Part shown: positions 52,221 through 64,000 of the stretch, piece by piece
How positions within the stretch are numbered: position 1 is the stretch's first letter
Layout of the letters: each line of letters starts with the position of its first letter
Source: Macrostomum lignano
Lineage: Eukaryota
Direction: 5' to 3'
Assembly (NCBI GenBank): GCA_002269645.1
Contig: NIVC01000927.1
Location: 62,001-126,000, forward strand
Length of the DNA: 64,000 nt
The notes under the pieces: generated by a model
Told to the model about the DNA's origin: nothing
What the model saw: the letters and a program-made list of their open reading frames with translations, nothing else
Database searches by the model: none
Position numbers and translations under genes: made by a program

Positions 52221-52930
52221 TCAGCTTGCTTACATTTTGCCATTATTTCAGGGTGGCAAAAACAATCGCTATATTTATTCTGGGGTGCGGGCCATAGATA
52301 TATTAGGAATTGGCAACTTGCAGCAAACGAAATGAAAATCAACAGCTGAAGTCGACATACGCGTGTTCAATTGTCAGCAATCGGAAAGGCATTAAAAGTT
52401 GAAGATTCAGGCCGCTCAAAACGGCAGTTTGAGAGAACGTTTGAGAGAAAGAGAGCGATCAGGGTGGCTAGGATTACCAAGTGACGCAGTCCTCATCCGT
52501 ATGCTCCGTTAGAAAAGACTCTAAGTATTCACCGTGGTGTGGCCACCGATTGTCGCATCGTCAACTGGAAGCTCCGGCAAATGGTCCATATCACCAGGAG
52601 TTGGTCAGCCATTCGATCCTGGTGGGCCTTGGCACTCAGTTCCGATATCAGGCTTAACTCACTACTTGTCACACCGTTGAGCGAATTCACCGAAGAATGG
52701 CCCCAGTTAATGAGAGCCATGTTTAATAAGCTGAGGCGTCGGAGGTAAAGCTCTCTCTCTGTATTCCTAGCTAGCGCCTCCATGTTATTTAGGCCCCACC
52801 CCACCCCAGTCCATCAGTTTTGTCTCTGGCACAGCCTTACCAGTGCTTCTAACTTCACTATCCCAACTACCCCTCCACATCTTGCGTTTTCGCCTGTGGC
52901 TTAATCTACGCACATTCACGGTGCTGAAAC

Positions 52931-54250
52931 AATGGTAAATTTGCATATGGTTTTGGAGGTAGACAATAATGGTAGATTGTGTATATGGTTTTGGAGGTAG
53001 ACAATAACGGTAGATTGTGTATATGGTTTTGGAGGTAGACAATAATGGTAGATTGTGTATATGGTTTTGGAGGTAGACAATAATGGTAGATTGTGTATAT
53101 GGTTTTGGAGGTAGACAATAATGGTAGATTGTGTATATGGTTTTGGAGGTAGACAATAATGGTAGATTGTGTATATGGTTTTGGAGGTAGACAATAACGG
53201 TAGATTGTGTATTTGGTTTTGGAGGTAGACAATAATGGTAGATTGTGTATATGGTTTTGGAGGTAGACAATAATGGTAGATTGTGTATATGGTTTTGGAG
53301 GTAGACAATAATGGTAGATTGTGTATATGGTTTTGGAGGTAGACAATAATGGTAGATTGTGTATATGGTTTTGGAGGTAGACAATTAATGGTAGATTGTG
53401 TATATGGTTTTGGAGGTAGACAATAACGGTAGATTGTGTATATGGTTTTGGAGGTAGACAATTAATGGTAGATTGTGTATATGGTTTTGGAGGTAGACAA
53501 TAATGGTAGATTGTGTATTTGGTTTTGGAGGTAGACAATAACGGTAGATTGTGTATTTGGTTTTGGAGGTAGACAATAACGGTAGATTGTGTATATGGTT
53601 TTGGAGGTAGACAATAATGGTAGATTGTGTATATGGTTTTGGAGGTAGACAATAACGGTAGATTGTGTATATGGTTTTGGAGGTAGACAATAACGGTAGA
53701 TTGTGTATATGGTTTTGGAGGTAGACAATAACGGTAGATTGTGTATATGGTTTTGGAGGTAGACAATAATGGTAGATTGTGTATATGGTTTTGGAGGTAG
53801 ACAATAACGGTAGATTGTGTATATGGTTTTGGAGGTAGACAATAATGGTAGATTGTGTATATGGTTTTGGAGGTAGACAATAACGGTAGATTGTGTATAT
53901 GGTTTTGGAGGTAGACAATAATGGTAGATTGTGTATATGGTTTTGGAGGTAGACAATAACGGTAGATTGTGTATATGGTTTTGGAGGTAGACAATAACGG
54001 TAGATTGTGTATATGGTTTTGGAGGTAGACAATAATGGTAGATTGTGTATTTGGTTTTGGAGGTAGACAATAATGGTAGATTGTGTATATGGTTTTGGAG
54101 GTAGACAATAATGGTAGATTGTGTATTTGGTTTTGGAGGTAGACAATAATGGTAGATTGTGTATATGGTTTTGGAGGTAGACAATAATGGTAGATTGTGT
54201 ATATGGTTTTGGAGGTAGACAATAATGGTAGATTGTGTATATGGTTTTGG
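52931..54250 (+). repeat. 38-bp satellite, third array, inverted relative to 50273-52220, ~35 units
   Basis: Same unit and orientation as 1-890. Confidence 0.98.
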
Positions 54251-55235
54251 CCACGAAAGACTAAATTTAATCATTGTCCATGACAAAACCATATGCACAA
54301 ACACATTGTCTCATGAATGTTTTTTTAGTAGCCTTAAATAATGATTCCGAAGCGTTTAATAATAAGCGTACAGCATGACACAATGTCCCTATGTGTTCGA
54401 TGTACAATGAAATTGCTTTGAGGTAGCGTCATTAGATAATGGCCATAAACACTCGTGCGCTACGTGCCATGCAGAGAATGTAATTCTCTACTTGATCGTC
54501 TTTTTAACCAGAACAGATCCTTAAACCGCTTGCTTGGCTTGCAGTCTGTGGAAGACCGCAGCTTGGAACGAGCTGTTAGCTTAATTAACTTTTTTATCAA
54601 GTTGATTGGCTGTATTGTCTATGGCCGGGACGAGTTCGAATTCTTGATGTCATGTACGTGTTCACGTTTCACATCATCGCATTCACTAGCTTCATCTCCG
54701 TGCTGACAGATTTTGTCGCTATCTACATCCGTTATGCAAGTAGATGGGATAATTTTTGTGGAAGTACCAACAGAAGCATTTAAAGGAACTGCTTTAAAAG
54801 ATTCGATTTTTATTGTAATAGATACGATTGGAATTCAATTATTTTTATACAGAAAAGTTAATCGAGTTATACAGTTTCTTCTATTATAATAAAAGTCGCC
54901 CGAAATCGGCAAATTAGCTAGTTAATATACGACCATGCTTTCAATAAATAAATATACAATAGTGTGTAGGCAGCAAAGTTATCATCAATAGTGTGCGCAG
55001 CATCAATAGTGTGCGCAGCATCAACGTACAACCAAACTCCGGCGCGTAGGTTCAGTTAAAAAAATTATTTATGAGTTTGTGGTTAATTATTGGATTTGTA
55101 AACTTGTAAAAACTAAAGCGCGAGTAAAATATAAAACACAATTATTTTCGATAACTATTCGATAATTATTCTATAACAGAGATCAAGTAGAGATGTCACA
55201 GCCTATTAATTGGTCTGTTTCTGGCGCCACAGAAA

Positions 55236-56342
55236 TTAGGCCTCTCCAATGAGAGCCAGCAGCACCTTGCGATAGTCGCCAGACGTGTCACTGCGAATCA
55301 TATCGCCGAGGCCCTTGCTGTGCAGGCGCTGGAAGGCCGCTTTGATGGCCGGCAGGTCCGACTCGCACTGGCTGATGATGACGCGCTGCAGACGCCGGTC
55401 GTTTGTGCCGATGCCTCTCATGCTGTGGTAGAGCAGGGTGGCAACGTGAGCCACTGGGTCGGTAGCGAACGAGACGATGCTAAGCAGCAGGTTGCGATAG
55501 TTGCCGCTAGTCTCGCTGGAGATGGCGTCCTTCAGACTGCGCTTGTGGGACCGAGCGTACTCGGCCGATACGGCGGCGATGTGCGGCAGCGACCGGGTGC
55601 ACATGATCCGGTTGAAGGTTGACTCTTCAGTGCCCATTCGTTTCTCGCCAGCTTCGTACAAGGCCTGAACGTCTTTAGTGACAATCTCTGGGTTCACTGG
55701 CCCGGTGCTCTCGTCTCGGTTGGCCATCATCAGGCCGATGAGGACTCGGCTGAAGTCGCCGCTGACATCGGAGCGCACGTCGGCCTCCATGTCGCGGCGG
55801 AACTCTGCATGGTGTCAGTCAAGTCGCGGTCAATGAAGTAAGAGAGCGTTTTTATTGTAAAGATTTAATATGGGCTTACTTTGAGAGTAGGAAGCCTTAA
55901 TCGCCCTGATCTGGTGATTGTTACGCATCGACATGATGTCGACCAGAGCGTCTTCATCCGTGCCGGCTCCCTGTATATTGAAGCATTACATTATTTTGGA
56001 TTCGAATACTCCTATTAACTTCGAATTAGGATTCGCATTGTAGTGAAGACTCACCTTGATCGCCCGTCGAATGCAAGCGGCGTCATAGTCGCACAAGTAG
56101 TCGCAGAGACCCTTACAGACTTTGTGAAAGTTGCCGCTCAGCTCCGACTTAAATGCGGATTTTAAATCTTTGCCGTACGAAGTTTTAAAAGCCTTGGCAA
56201 TCTCCGCCCTCTGGTGAGACGGCCTGTGCGCCATTACATCAATAATGGCCTTCTCGTCCGTGCCGAGGCCCTTCATGGCCTTGTGCAGCTTCTCAGCGTC
56301 GGCCAGCGGGTCGAAAGTTTGATTGATCTGAGACAGGGCCAT
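55236..56342 (-). CDS. Annexin (four-repeat core), complement(join(55236..55804,55880..55970,56055..56342)), 315 aa
   Basis: Repeats MKGLGTDE, IKGAGTDE, GEKRMGTEE and MRGIGTND with capping acidic residues (SELSG, SDVSG, SETSG, SDTSG); GT..AG introns of 84 and 75 bp keep the frame (948 nt). An upstream exon cannot be excluded. Confidence 0.95.
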
Positions 56343-57733
56343 GTCCAGTTGCTGTTGGAAACGCAAAGGTTTTATTAATCACTTCTTATAATGATAGTTG
56401 TTTGATAGACTTTCACCGATTTTATATCAACCCAGTAATCCCGAGCGTTGTATACTGGACAAGAATAGCTTTAAAAATGAAAAGCAACTTTGCCGAGTTT
56501 CGGAGTTCGTTTATTATCGGAGACGCAAGCACTGAATCTAAAACCTGAGTGTATATTTATTCTGTCAAGTCGGTCCGCGAAGGGTAGAATTTGGAGCATT
56601 GAATGAACAATGAAACAGGCTGGCTACACACAAACGAAGAGGTGGGTGCAGGTGAGTATGTGGGGGAAGGGTTGCATGCAATTGCAAATAAAGCACAACT
56701 ACCTACGAGCGTATACTAGCGTTTTGTGGCCCAGGTGAGCAGAACTAGTTTGAATCAAGAGTGTACACTCGTACTTGTCGTACACTATTCGACGTCAAAG
56801 CAATTGCAATGGGCGCAGCTATGGTCAAGGAAAAATCGAAGACAAACGGGCTGTCATGAAAGATTTAATTGCACGTTGCACACCCAGTATGCAGCGGTCC
56901 TTCTATGCAATCAGCCCTATTGTGCGAGTTTGGAATATATGTATAGAAGCCCCCGCATGAAGCGTGCGTGAGCACGATGCTTTGCGCGCTATGTGACACA
57001 TACTGCACTCCACCGCATTGATCTATGCAGTGTGTGTTTCATGCATTTTTCATGCACATCACTCGCGACAATTAGCTACTTCAAAAGAGAGCCCGTGGCC
57101 GGTCGCACCCGCGCTTGTTTAGCACAGACTCTGCTGCTACAATTCATGTTCAATAGAATTTCTGCATGAGCGCGCTGTTACATATGTAAAGTATGAAAAT
57201 GTTATAAGAACATGTTAGCGATTTACATGCATGTTGGGGTACATAAATTATTGATCGCCACTGGACTAAAACTCACACAGAGCAATTGTAAATAATGTTA
57301 TTGCAAGTCGCGTACAACAACAACTAGTATAAACGTGTGGCTCGTACATGTACTTCGGTTTGCTTTTTACTCGAATACAAATAAGTTTCAGTAAGCATTT
57401 TTCTAATTCTCGAAGTTTCGAGACGAGTTTGGTTGGTTTGTATAGTTGGCGGTCCGGTCAAATTACGACTCGTAGCTTATGGCTGCAAAATTGGCAACCC
57501 AACCATTTTAATTGTCTGACTAAAGTGCACGTACAGTCAGCAATACATATTGAAAACCGCCACCTAAGAGCATTGGCAGGGTGATTGACTAATCAGATCA
57601 GCTCACGACACGACCTGACGCCAGGCACATGTCCCCCCCCCCCAGTAAAAGCTGATGGGGACGTGCTAATGCTAATCATAATTTTTCTTCAGGGCGCCAA
57701 AATATAGCGCCTATGGCGCTAAAATGAGTGCCT

Positions 57734-58780
57734 ACAACAACAACAACAACAAAAACAACAACAACAACAAAATACAGTCATGCAGTCACAGTTAAAACAG
57801 GGCGCGTCAGATGGCGCGCCGCAGAGCCTGGGAGCGAACAAAACCCGCTCCGTTAGCAGAGTCGGGCGCCCCAGCGTCGCACAACAGGCAGTCCACGTAT
57901 CGACGGGTTCGGGCCTGACCCCGCCTGAACGGACCCTAAGGTGAGCAGCAGGACGTCCTGAACAGGTTGGGGGCAGTAGCCCTCGGCCCGGATCACGTGG
58001 CCCGCCAGTTGAAGTCGTCGCCGGCGCAGACTGATGGACGGGCGCTGCAGCTTGGCCCGATCGTACAGGGCCTCGGTCCCGACGCTCTCGTCAGCTTGAA
58101 AGGCCGCACGGAGCAGCCCTGAGTGCGCCGAGTCCAACTGCCGCTCTGGCGTAGCCGTCGATCAGTGTCAGCGTCCACGTCCACGTCCTGCTCTTGTATA
58201 GCAGGACGGTTTCGACCACCACCTGCCACAGCCGAGCACTCTGCTGGTGGTCGGGCAGCGCTTCGGACTGGAGGACGGCTCGGATCGAACGAAAGGCCGC
58301 CCAGGCAAGTCCTCTGCGCCGCCGGAGGTCCTCTTCCACGTTGGGCACCAGACCGCCGAGGACGAACCGCTGGCAGCGTGCGAGCTTTGGTCGTCTGCCC
58401 GTCTGCGCCGCGGCACGTCAGGTCCGTTGGGATATCGGCCGGCACAGTCAGCACCTCGGTCTTCAGCGTGTTGACGATCAGACCAACGCTCGATGCCACC
58501 TCGACCATGCCTGTCGATCTGGCACTGGGCGCCTTCAACGGACGAGGACAGGAGGGCGAGGTCTCGGCGTAGCCAAGCACGCTTTACGCGCTTTTCGCGT
58601 GGCGGTGACCGATGCGTCTGCGCAGCAGGAAGCCGTCATTAGCCGAGGGGAGTGCGGTCCGAAGCACCCAGTCCAGCAGCAGCACGAAGAGGAACGGCGC
58701 TAGCGTGTCATGCCCTGCAGAACTCCTGATGAAGTACATGTATCGAACAGGTCAGACAGGCCGTCCGCCTGTCCATGTGG
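57734..58780 (-). mobile_element. 5'-truncated, frameshifted non-LTR retrotransposon (RTE-like RT C-terminus) with a (TTG)n tail
   Basis: Minus-strand pieces TLAPFLFVLLLDWVLR, LGYA, GLIVNTLKTEV, RRRGLAWAAF, ETVLLY and RRRRLQLAGHVIR; (CAA)n at 57734-57770; TGAGTGCCT on both flanks (57725-57733, 58781-58789). Confidence 0.85.
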
Positions 58781-58863
58781 TGAGTGCCTGCGGCGCCAAA
58801 AGTAATGCCTGTGGCGCCAAAATGAGTACCTGCGGCGCTAAAATGAGTACCTGCGGCGCCAGA
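58781..58863 (+). repeat. ~20-bp minisatellite (GCGGCGCCAAAATGAGTACCT-like), interrupted by the LINE (other part at ~57695-57733)
   Basis: GGCGC(C/T)AAAA motif repeats on both sides of the LINE. Confidence 0.75.
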
Positions 58864-59620
58864 ATAAGGAGAGGGCTGACAAACACGATTCTCAAAAGAA
58901 TGGAAATGCATGTAGGAATTTAGTCATGTACATGCACATGTTAAATTCTTTGCTTTTTCCCCACCCTGACACCTCCCTTAATAAAATAACGAACGTCTCT
59001 CAAAAGACGCTCCGTCTATCAATGGACGTCCTGGCTGAGCGCCTGGCTGAGCGCCTGGCTGAACCTAGATAGCTGCATGAGAATGAGCCGCTTTATTACT
59101 CAGCTGCATGGTACTGCGCGCCTGCAATTATTATGATTTTACTGAGGATTGTCTTTAATTCGGCAGCCCGATCTGCTACGAGCGTATGCGGTGATCTCAA
59201 TATTCTCCAGAGGATAAGGGCACATACGCGTCCCCGGACCATCGGATAGTCTGGGTGGGGCAAGGTGCATTAAATGCAGTAATAATCAACAAAAGCATAT
59301 GCAAATCTTGCTTTTAATAATAATTTAGTCGACTTTAATTAAAAGCTAGCAATACAAAAAAACTTTAAAGTATGCATTTATCCTACAACTTTAGTTATAA
59401 TCACTTTCTTTATTGCATTTAAATTTAGATTTTTTCTTTTCGGAAAAAGGTCGATTTAGATTTAGAGTCGTCGTCAGTTGAGACCACATGGACATCTTGT
59501 TGTGCCGACGCATTATGCATTGCCATCTGTAATCCTTATTCCTTTTTATTCGTTGCTTGAGGTTTTGAATTTTTTCCGTTAGTTATTTTTCATCGATATA
59601 TAAAGGGGAAATAATTATAA

Positions 59621-62600
59621 ATGGAAGGCATTGAAAATCCAACCGACTTAACAGATGCTGGCACCCAAAATGGGAATGCAAAGCACTATCAGGTAGGTAT
59701 ATACTATTACTAGGGCTACCGGCTAAGCTATTTATTTTTTCTTAAAGAAATATAAAGGAGAATAGCAGTATATATTTTTATTCTGCTCTTTAACTAGGCC
59801 TAATCCTTAACTTAGGCCTAATGCTTTTTGTGCATATACCATAGCCTATAGGCATAGGGCCTAACATAACATAGCCATATTACCATATGCTACATTAGGG
59901 TTGGCTGGAAAGGATAGACCTAGGGCTAGGTAGTAGATCTAAAGACACAGGTACAATGCCAGGTTGCTTACTGAAATAACTAGGTATTTTGTTACATTAT
60001 ATATTTATTATAGGCCTAGGCAGGCTTTTTTAGATCCAGTGTTCATCTTTTGATATATTATGCCTTTCTTATTGCTCTATTGATATTCATAGAGTTTTTT
60101 GTCCAGAAAATTAGGATTCTATATGGATTTTTTATTATATGTACATTTGCATGTCTTGTGCCTAAAAACCATTGAAGTGGCACAGCTTGGCTCTTTGTTT
60201 TTATGAGTCTATTTTATCATTCTTAGTTGACTGTGTAACAAATATTTGTAACAGAGATGATAAAATAGATTCATAAAATCAAAGATTCAAGCTGGGTCAT
60301 GCATTTTTATGATTTTTAGGTATAGGAAATATATGTAAAATAAAAAATTAACATAGAATCCTACTTCTACACAAATCTAATCTTAATTTAATAGCTTTGC
60401 ATGTTCACACTTGCTTAATAATGTCTAGTTTAGTGATCAATGCTATTAGTCACTATATACTTTTGATATATCAAAAGTTGATACTAGTTTTACAAACTTT
60501 TAGCTATCAAAACAAATTTCTTTTAGGTTTAAAAGTTCTCTATTTTTGGAGTTGCCATTTTATTCATATTTTAATAACTCTGTATAACTTTTAAATCTTA
60601 CTAACTTTATTACATCAACATTAGTAAGTTAGTACAACAATTTATGTTAAAATATTTAGTCAAATTAAGCTGAGTTTTTAAAGTTTACTAGACTTGTGTA
60701 GGTTACACAGGTATTTTTGAATAAAATTGCATATGAAATATGATATTAAATATATAATAGAATCATAATTACTACTACTACTTGAAAACTCAATGAGTAG
60801 TCTTGTTGCTAAATAAATTTTTATTATTTGGTCTTTAAAATAAATATTTGATTGTAATAATTATTAATAACATGTAACCTTTTTATCATTTTAGGATATT
60901 TTCATTGGCTGTCTTCTGGCTGTCATAGGAAATCTTTTAATCAGTGTTTCACTCAATATTCAAGTAAGTCTGCTTTAGAATATTCTTTTTTATAAATATA
61001 ATAAGTAAAATGTACTATTAGATAAGCTAGTTGAACTCAGTGGTGGTCAGTGGGCCATCAAAAAGAGCAAGCAAGGGTCAAGACTCAAGAAGACACCAAA
61101 CTGATCATTTCTCACAAGCTTCTCAAATCTTCACTTCGCTGCTCGCAGAAGTACACGCACAACCGTGATCAACAGCTAACAGTCGGGAATCGAACTCACT
61201 ACTTGAAGCGGCCCCTCTGGTGGGTGGGCATAGTGCTCATGGTGCTTGGCGAGTTAGGTAACTTTGCCGCCTATGGCTACGCGCCTGCCTCCACCGTTGC
61301 ACCACTTGGCACTACAACCGTCATCGCCAATATGTTCATCGCTGTGCTGTTCTTGCGCGAACGCCTTCGTCCTGAGGATCTGTTTGGCAGCTCTTTGTCT
61401 ATCGTTGGCGCTTTCCTCATTGTCAGCTTCTCCAAGAGGGTGAGCTGGAGGGGGGGCAGAGCAGATCAACAGAAAACACGTTTGATTTGCGCACCAGGAG
61501 CATTCATTTGGGGCTTTTGTACATGCCTGACGATTAGAAAGTCAGGGCCGTTGTACACCCTGTGTGAGCGTGTGTATGAGTGCTGTGCCTGCGTACAGTA
61601 TTGGAGCGCTTGCATGTGCTGAGGAGTCAGCGGAATGAGCAGTTCAATTGTCTCAGCGCTGACTGTGGGACCATGCCGTCAAAGGCGTTGCTCCAGGGTG
61701 GCCACAAATCTACGGTCATTAATATTCTGAGAGGTGTCCAACGTCTTAGGACTTTTTACATGACTCTTTTTAGCAGCTAGCAAGAGTAACAGCAACTGAC
61801 TTATTTCATAGCGACTTTACATCTATGGTACAAGTTTCATTTGCTTCTGCTTGTGTGGCACCCTTGTGGCAACCATGACTGCCTTGAGCAGGAAGTGCGA
61901 CGGGTTCTTTTGTCCATAAAATGCCAAGGCAGGCGTATGCAGATGCCATTGATGACATGCCACTGAACAAGATATTCAAGGACTTTTTTTTGAAAGACAA
62001 CCGACTTAATGTTTCCTGGTGCTTCATATGCAACATCCAAGTTTCTGTTCATGTATTGAAATGCAGTACTCCACTGCAGTTAAGGAGGCATAACTTAAGT
62101 TCGTGATATTTAAAAAAAATATTTCACTGTATTATTTGAGCTTTGGTATCAAAGCCTCCTTTAAAGCTATGGCGTAACCCTAGCTCTCCCTTTGTTGCTT
62201 GACCCTTTGAATTTCAGCAACCGCCCTATGAGCCGCGGCATTTCAGCGATCTAATTTTGGGATTCCGTATAGACTTTTCCGATGCATTTTAAACGATATT
62301 TCAGACTACACTACTATAATCAGTAATAATCTGAGCTAACTTATCAAAAGATTAGCGGAAAAAGTTGACTGTAAACAGTGACCGCTTTCTTTCAATTTTA
62401 TATTGCAGAAGGAGCACGTACTGTCATCCAGCCAGCTGGTGGAGGCTCTGACTAGCGTTCGCTTTATCATCTATATGGTGAGTTCACTTTGGGTTAATTG
62501 TAAATAAACCTCACCTTGCTTTTGTGATATGCTCAGTAACTCTCAGATTCTTCATCTCTGCAGTTAACCTCCCACTCCCAGATTCTCAGTCACTCGCCAC

Positions 62601-63749
62601 CCTCCCAGATCCTCAATTCCTCATATAATGTCATAATTGGAGAGTACTGCAATAAGTTAACATAGAGATTCGTTTCGTTTCGACTTTTTCGATTTTTCAG
62701 TCGCTGGAGCTTCTCACGCTGACAGTTCTATTCTTTCTACTCTACGTTGCTAAGAAAGACAATGTGCTCATCCTACTGCTCATCACCAGCATTGTCGGTG
62801 CGTTGTTACTTTTTTCTTCCACATGAAGAGTCATTATAGAAGCGTCCCAGAGTCGCAGACAATAAAACGCATCAAAGTGACTCTCAGGTGACTCTTTGAC
62901 GACTTCTTGGCGACCTGTACCGTTGACATGTCGTCGATTTAGAGTCGTCTGGAGTCACTTCTTTCCTATTTTACCTGTGTTACCTCAAGAAGCTCTGAAA
63001 CCAATCTGTGGTGACGCAAGTGACTCAGGGGACGCTTCTTGGCCTAGGTACTGTTTTCATTGGGGTTAAGTATAGAGCAGAACCTGAAGTTAAAGAAAGT
63101 CAATAACTAAATTCATTAATCAACTCCTTGTGGTATACAATATATTTCAAAACAGCAATATCTTGAATCAGGTCACAAACTCGACAACATTAAACACTAA
63201 TGTTTCTCTACGAAAACATTGTATAGCAAATTTATGTAATTTATCTGCAATTTATAGCAGAGGTTTTAGCCTAGTGGTTAGAGCGTCGCACTCACGACTT
63301 GAAGGTCGGGGGTTCGATACCCGATCCCACTGGAACAATTTGTGTCCTTGAGCAAGACACTTAACTCTGCACTGCTTCAGTTCACCCAGCTGTAAAATGG
63401 GTACCAGGATTAGCTGGGATAATTGAGGATGTGCATGGCGACCCCCCCAGTCCTTGGACTGAACAGCCGTACGCAGCCTTCAGATGCGCCGCGCAATAGC
63501 TGCGGCTGAGCTGTCGGTTGCAAATCTGCACATTAGAGCAAGTGTAATCAATTATTAATTTATTATTATTTGCACTTTATGCAACTCAGTTATATACCGT
63601 ATTTCGGACGCATTTCAGCTTCCTTCACAGTGATCTGCGCCAAGGCCGTGTCCGGTCTGTTGAATCTTAGCCTCGCCGGCCTGCCGCAATTCGGACATCC
63701 TGTACTCTATATCATGACTGCCGTACTTGTGGCCACTGCCGTGCTGCAG
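59621..63749 (+). CDS. NIPA-like (NIPAL2/3-type) magnesium transporter, exons 59621-59692, 60895-60963, 61149-61439, 62409-62477, 62701-62797, 63619-63749; continues past the window
   Basis: GCLLAVIGNLLISVSLNIQ|KYTH, YLKRPLWWVGIVLMVLGELGNFAAYGYAPASTVAPLG and ASFTVICAKAVSGLL are NIPA-family motifs; all junctions are GT..AG with consistent phases. Exon 1 is less certain. Confidence 0.9.
62845..63065. repeat. Dispersed repeat of the same family as the guanylate kinase intron/promoter repeat
   Basis: CCCAGAGTCGCAGACAATAAAACGC matches 46520-46550; GACTTCTTGGCGACCTGTACC...GTCACTTCTTTCC and GGGACGCTTCTTGGCCT match 47770-47890. Confidence 0.7.
63258..63570 (+). mobile_element. tRNA-derived SINE with a CORE-like central domain, in NIPA-like intron 5
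   Basis: A box TAGCCTAGTGG (63267), B box GGTTCGATACC (63311), then GTGTCCTTGAGCAAGACACTTAAC...CTGTAAAATGGG, resembling the MIR/CORE domain from recall; AT-rich tail. Confidence 0.75.
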
Positions 63750-63896
63750 GTTTAGTGAGTTTTTTTGAGTAGACATCTAGCACTGTTTTTTTAGCTATTC
63801 TGGCATATTGTAACATGGAATCTGATAGTGACAATTAGATAATTATGTGCTGTTTTTATACTGTTTTAACTGGCAGCTTTGAATGCTGTTGATTTC

Positions 63897-64000
63897 CACC
63901 CTCCCAGATCCTCAGTTGTTGGGCCAGCCTCCCAGACCCTGCTGGGATACCCTCCCAGAGTGTCAGTTGCTGGGCCAGTCTCCCAGACCCTGCTGGGATA
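63897..64000 (+). repeat. ~51-bp tandem repeat starting at the window end
   Basis: CCCTCCCAGA..TCAGTTG.TGGGCCAG.CTCCCAGACCCTGCTGGGATA seen twice. Confidence 0.7.

Larger units (their letters stand above)
22620..52225 (-). repeat. Right arm of giant inverted duplication (longer because of arm-specific insertions)
   Basis: Reverse complement of 1-22005, plus a 4.7-kb LTR element (40732-45422) and a ~1.1-kb block (33528-34655). Confidence 0.97.

Noticed and set aside
52529-52804. Transposase or RT remnant in the loop between the inverted 38-bp arrays
   Set aside because: No motif recognised in either ORF; a profile search would be needed.
50241-54304. Long ORFs (up to 702 aa) with a 38-aa period
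   Set aside because: The C/A-rich strand of the 38-bp unit has no stop codon in any frame, so these ORFs are translation artefacts of the satellite.
54455-54706. 83-aa ORF downstream of the third satellite array
   Set aside because: No recognisable family, splice context or codon signal.
63258-63330. Functional tRNA gene
   Set aside because: A and B boxes are present, but I could not fold a convincing acceptor stem, and the sequence continues into a SINE body.

Overview
Eukaryotic (animal, invertebrate-like) DNA with spliceosomal introns, GC-rich exons and many minisatellites. The style recalls the flatworm Macrostomum, but that is an unverified impression. Most of the window (1-~52.2 kb) is one giant inverted duplication centred on a 614-N gap (22006-22619) inside head-to-head 40-bp satellite arrays. 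Each arm carries a 38-bp satellite, a 22-bp minisatellite, an intact two-exon guanylate kinase, a Penelope-like GIY-YIG fragment with a degenerate hammerhead motif, a 469-bp MITE with an 8-bp TSD, a GATAD1-like exon and a 28-bp minisatellite. Only the right arm has a decayed Ty3/Gypsy LTR element (GGCCT TSD; clean empty site on the left arm) containing a nested 156-bp hairpin, and a TTAA-flanked piggyBac-like non-autonomous element. Beyond the palindrome lie a third, inverted 38-bp array, a 315-aa annexin gene, a 5'-truncated LINE and the first six exons of a NIPA-like transporter with a CORE-like SINE in an intron. The most unusual signals are the palindrome itself (real, or two haplotypes scaffolded head to head), mirrored variant barcodes in the central satellite, and two independent TA-to-TAGGCCTA polymorphisms between the arms. 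All alignments were done by eye; no searches were run.
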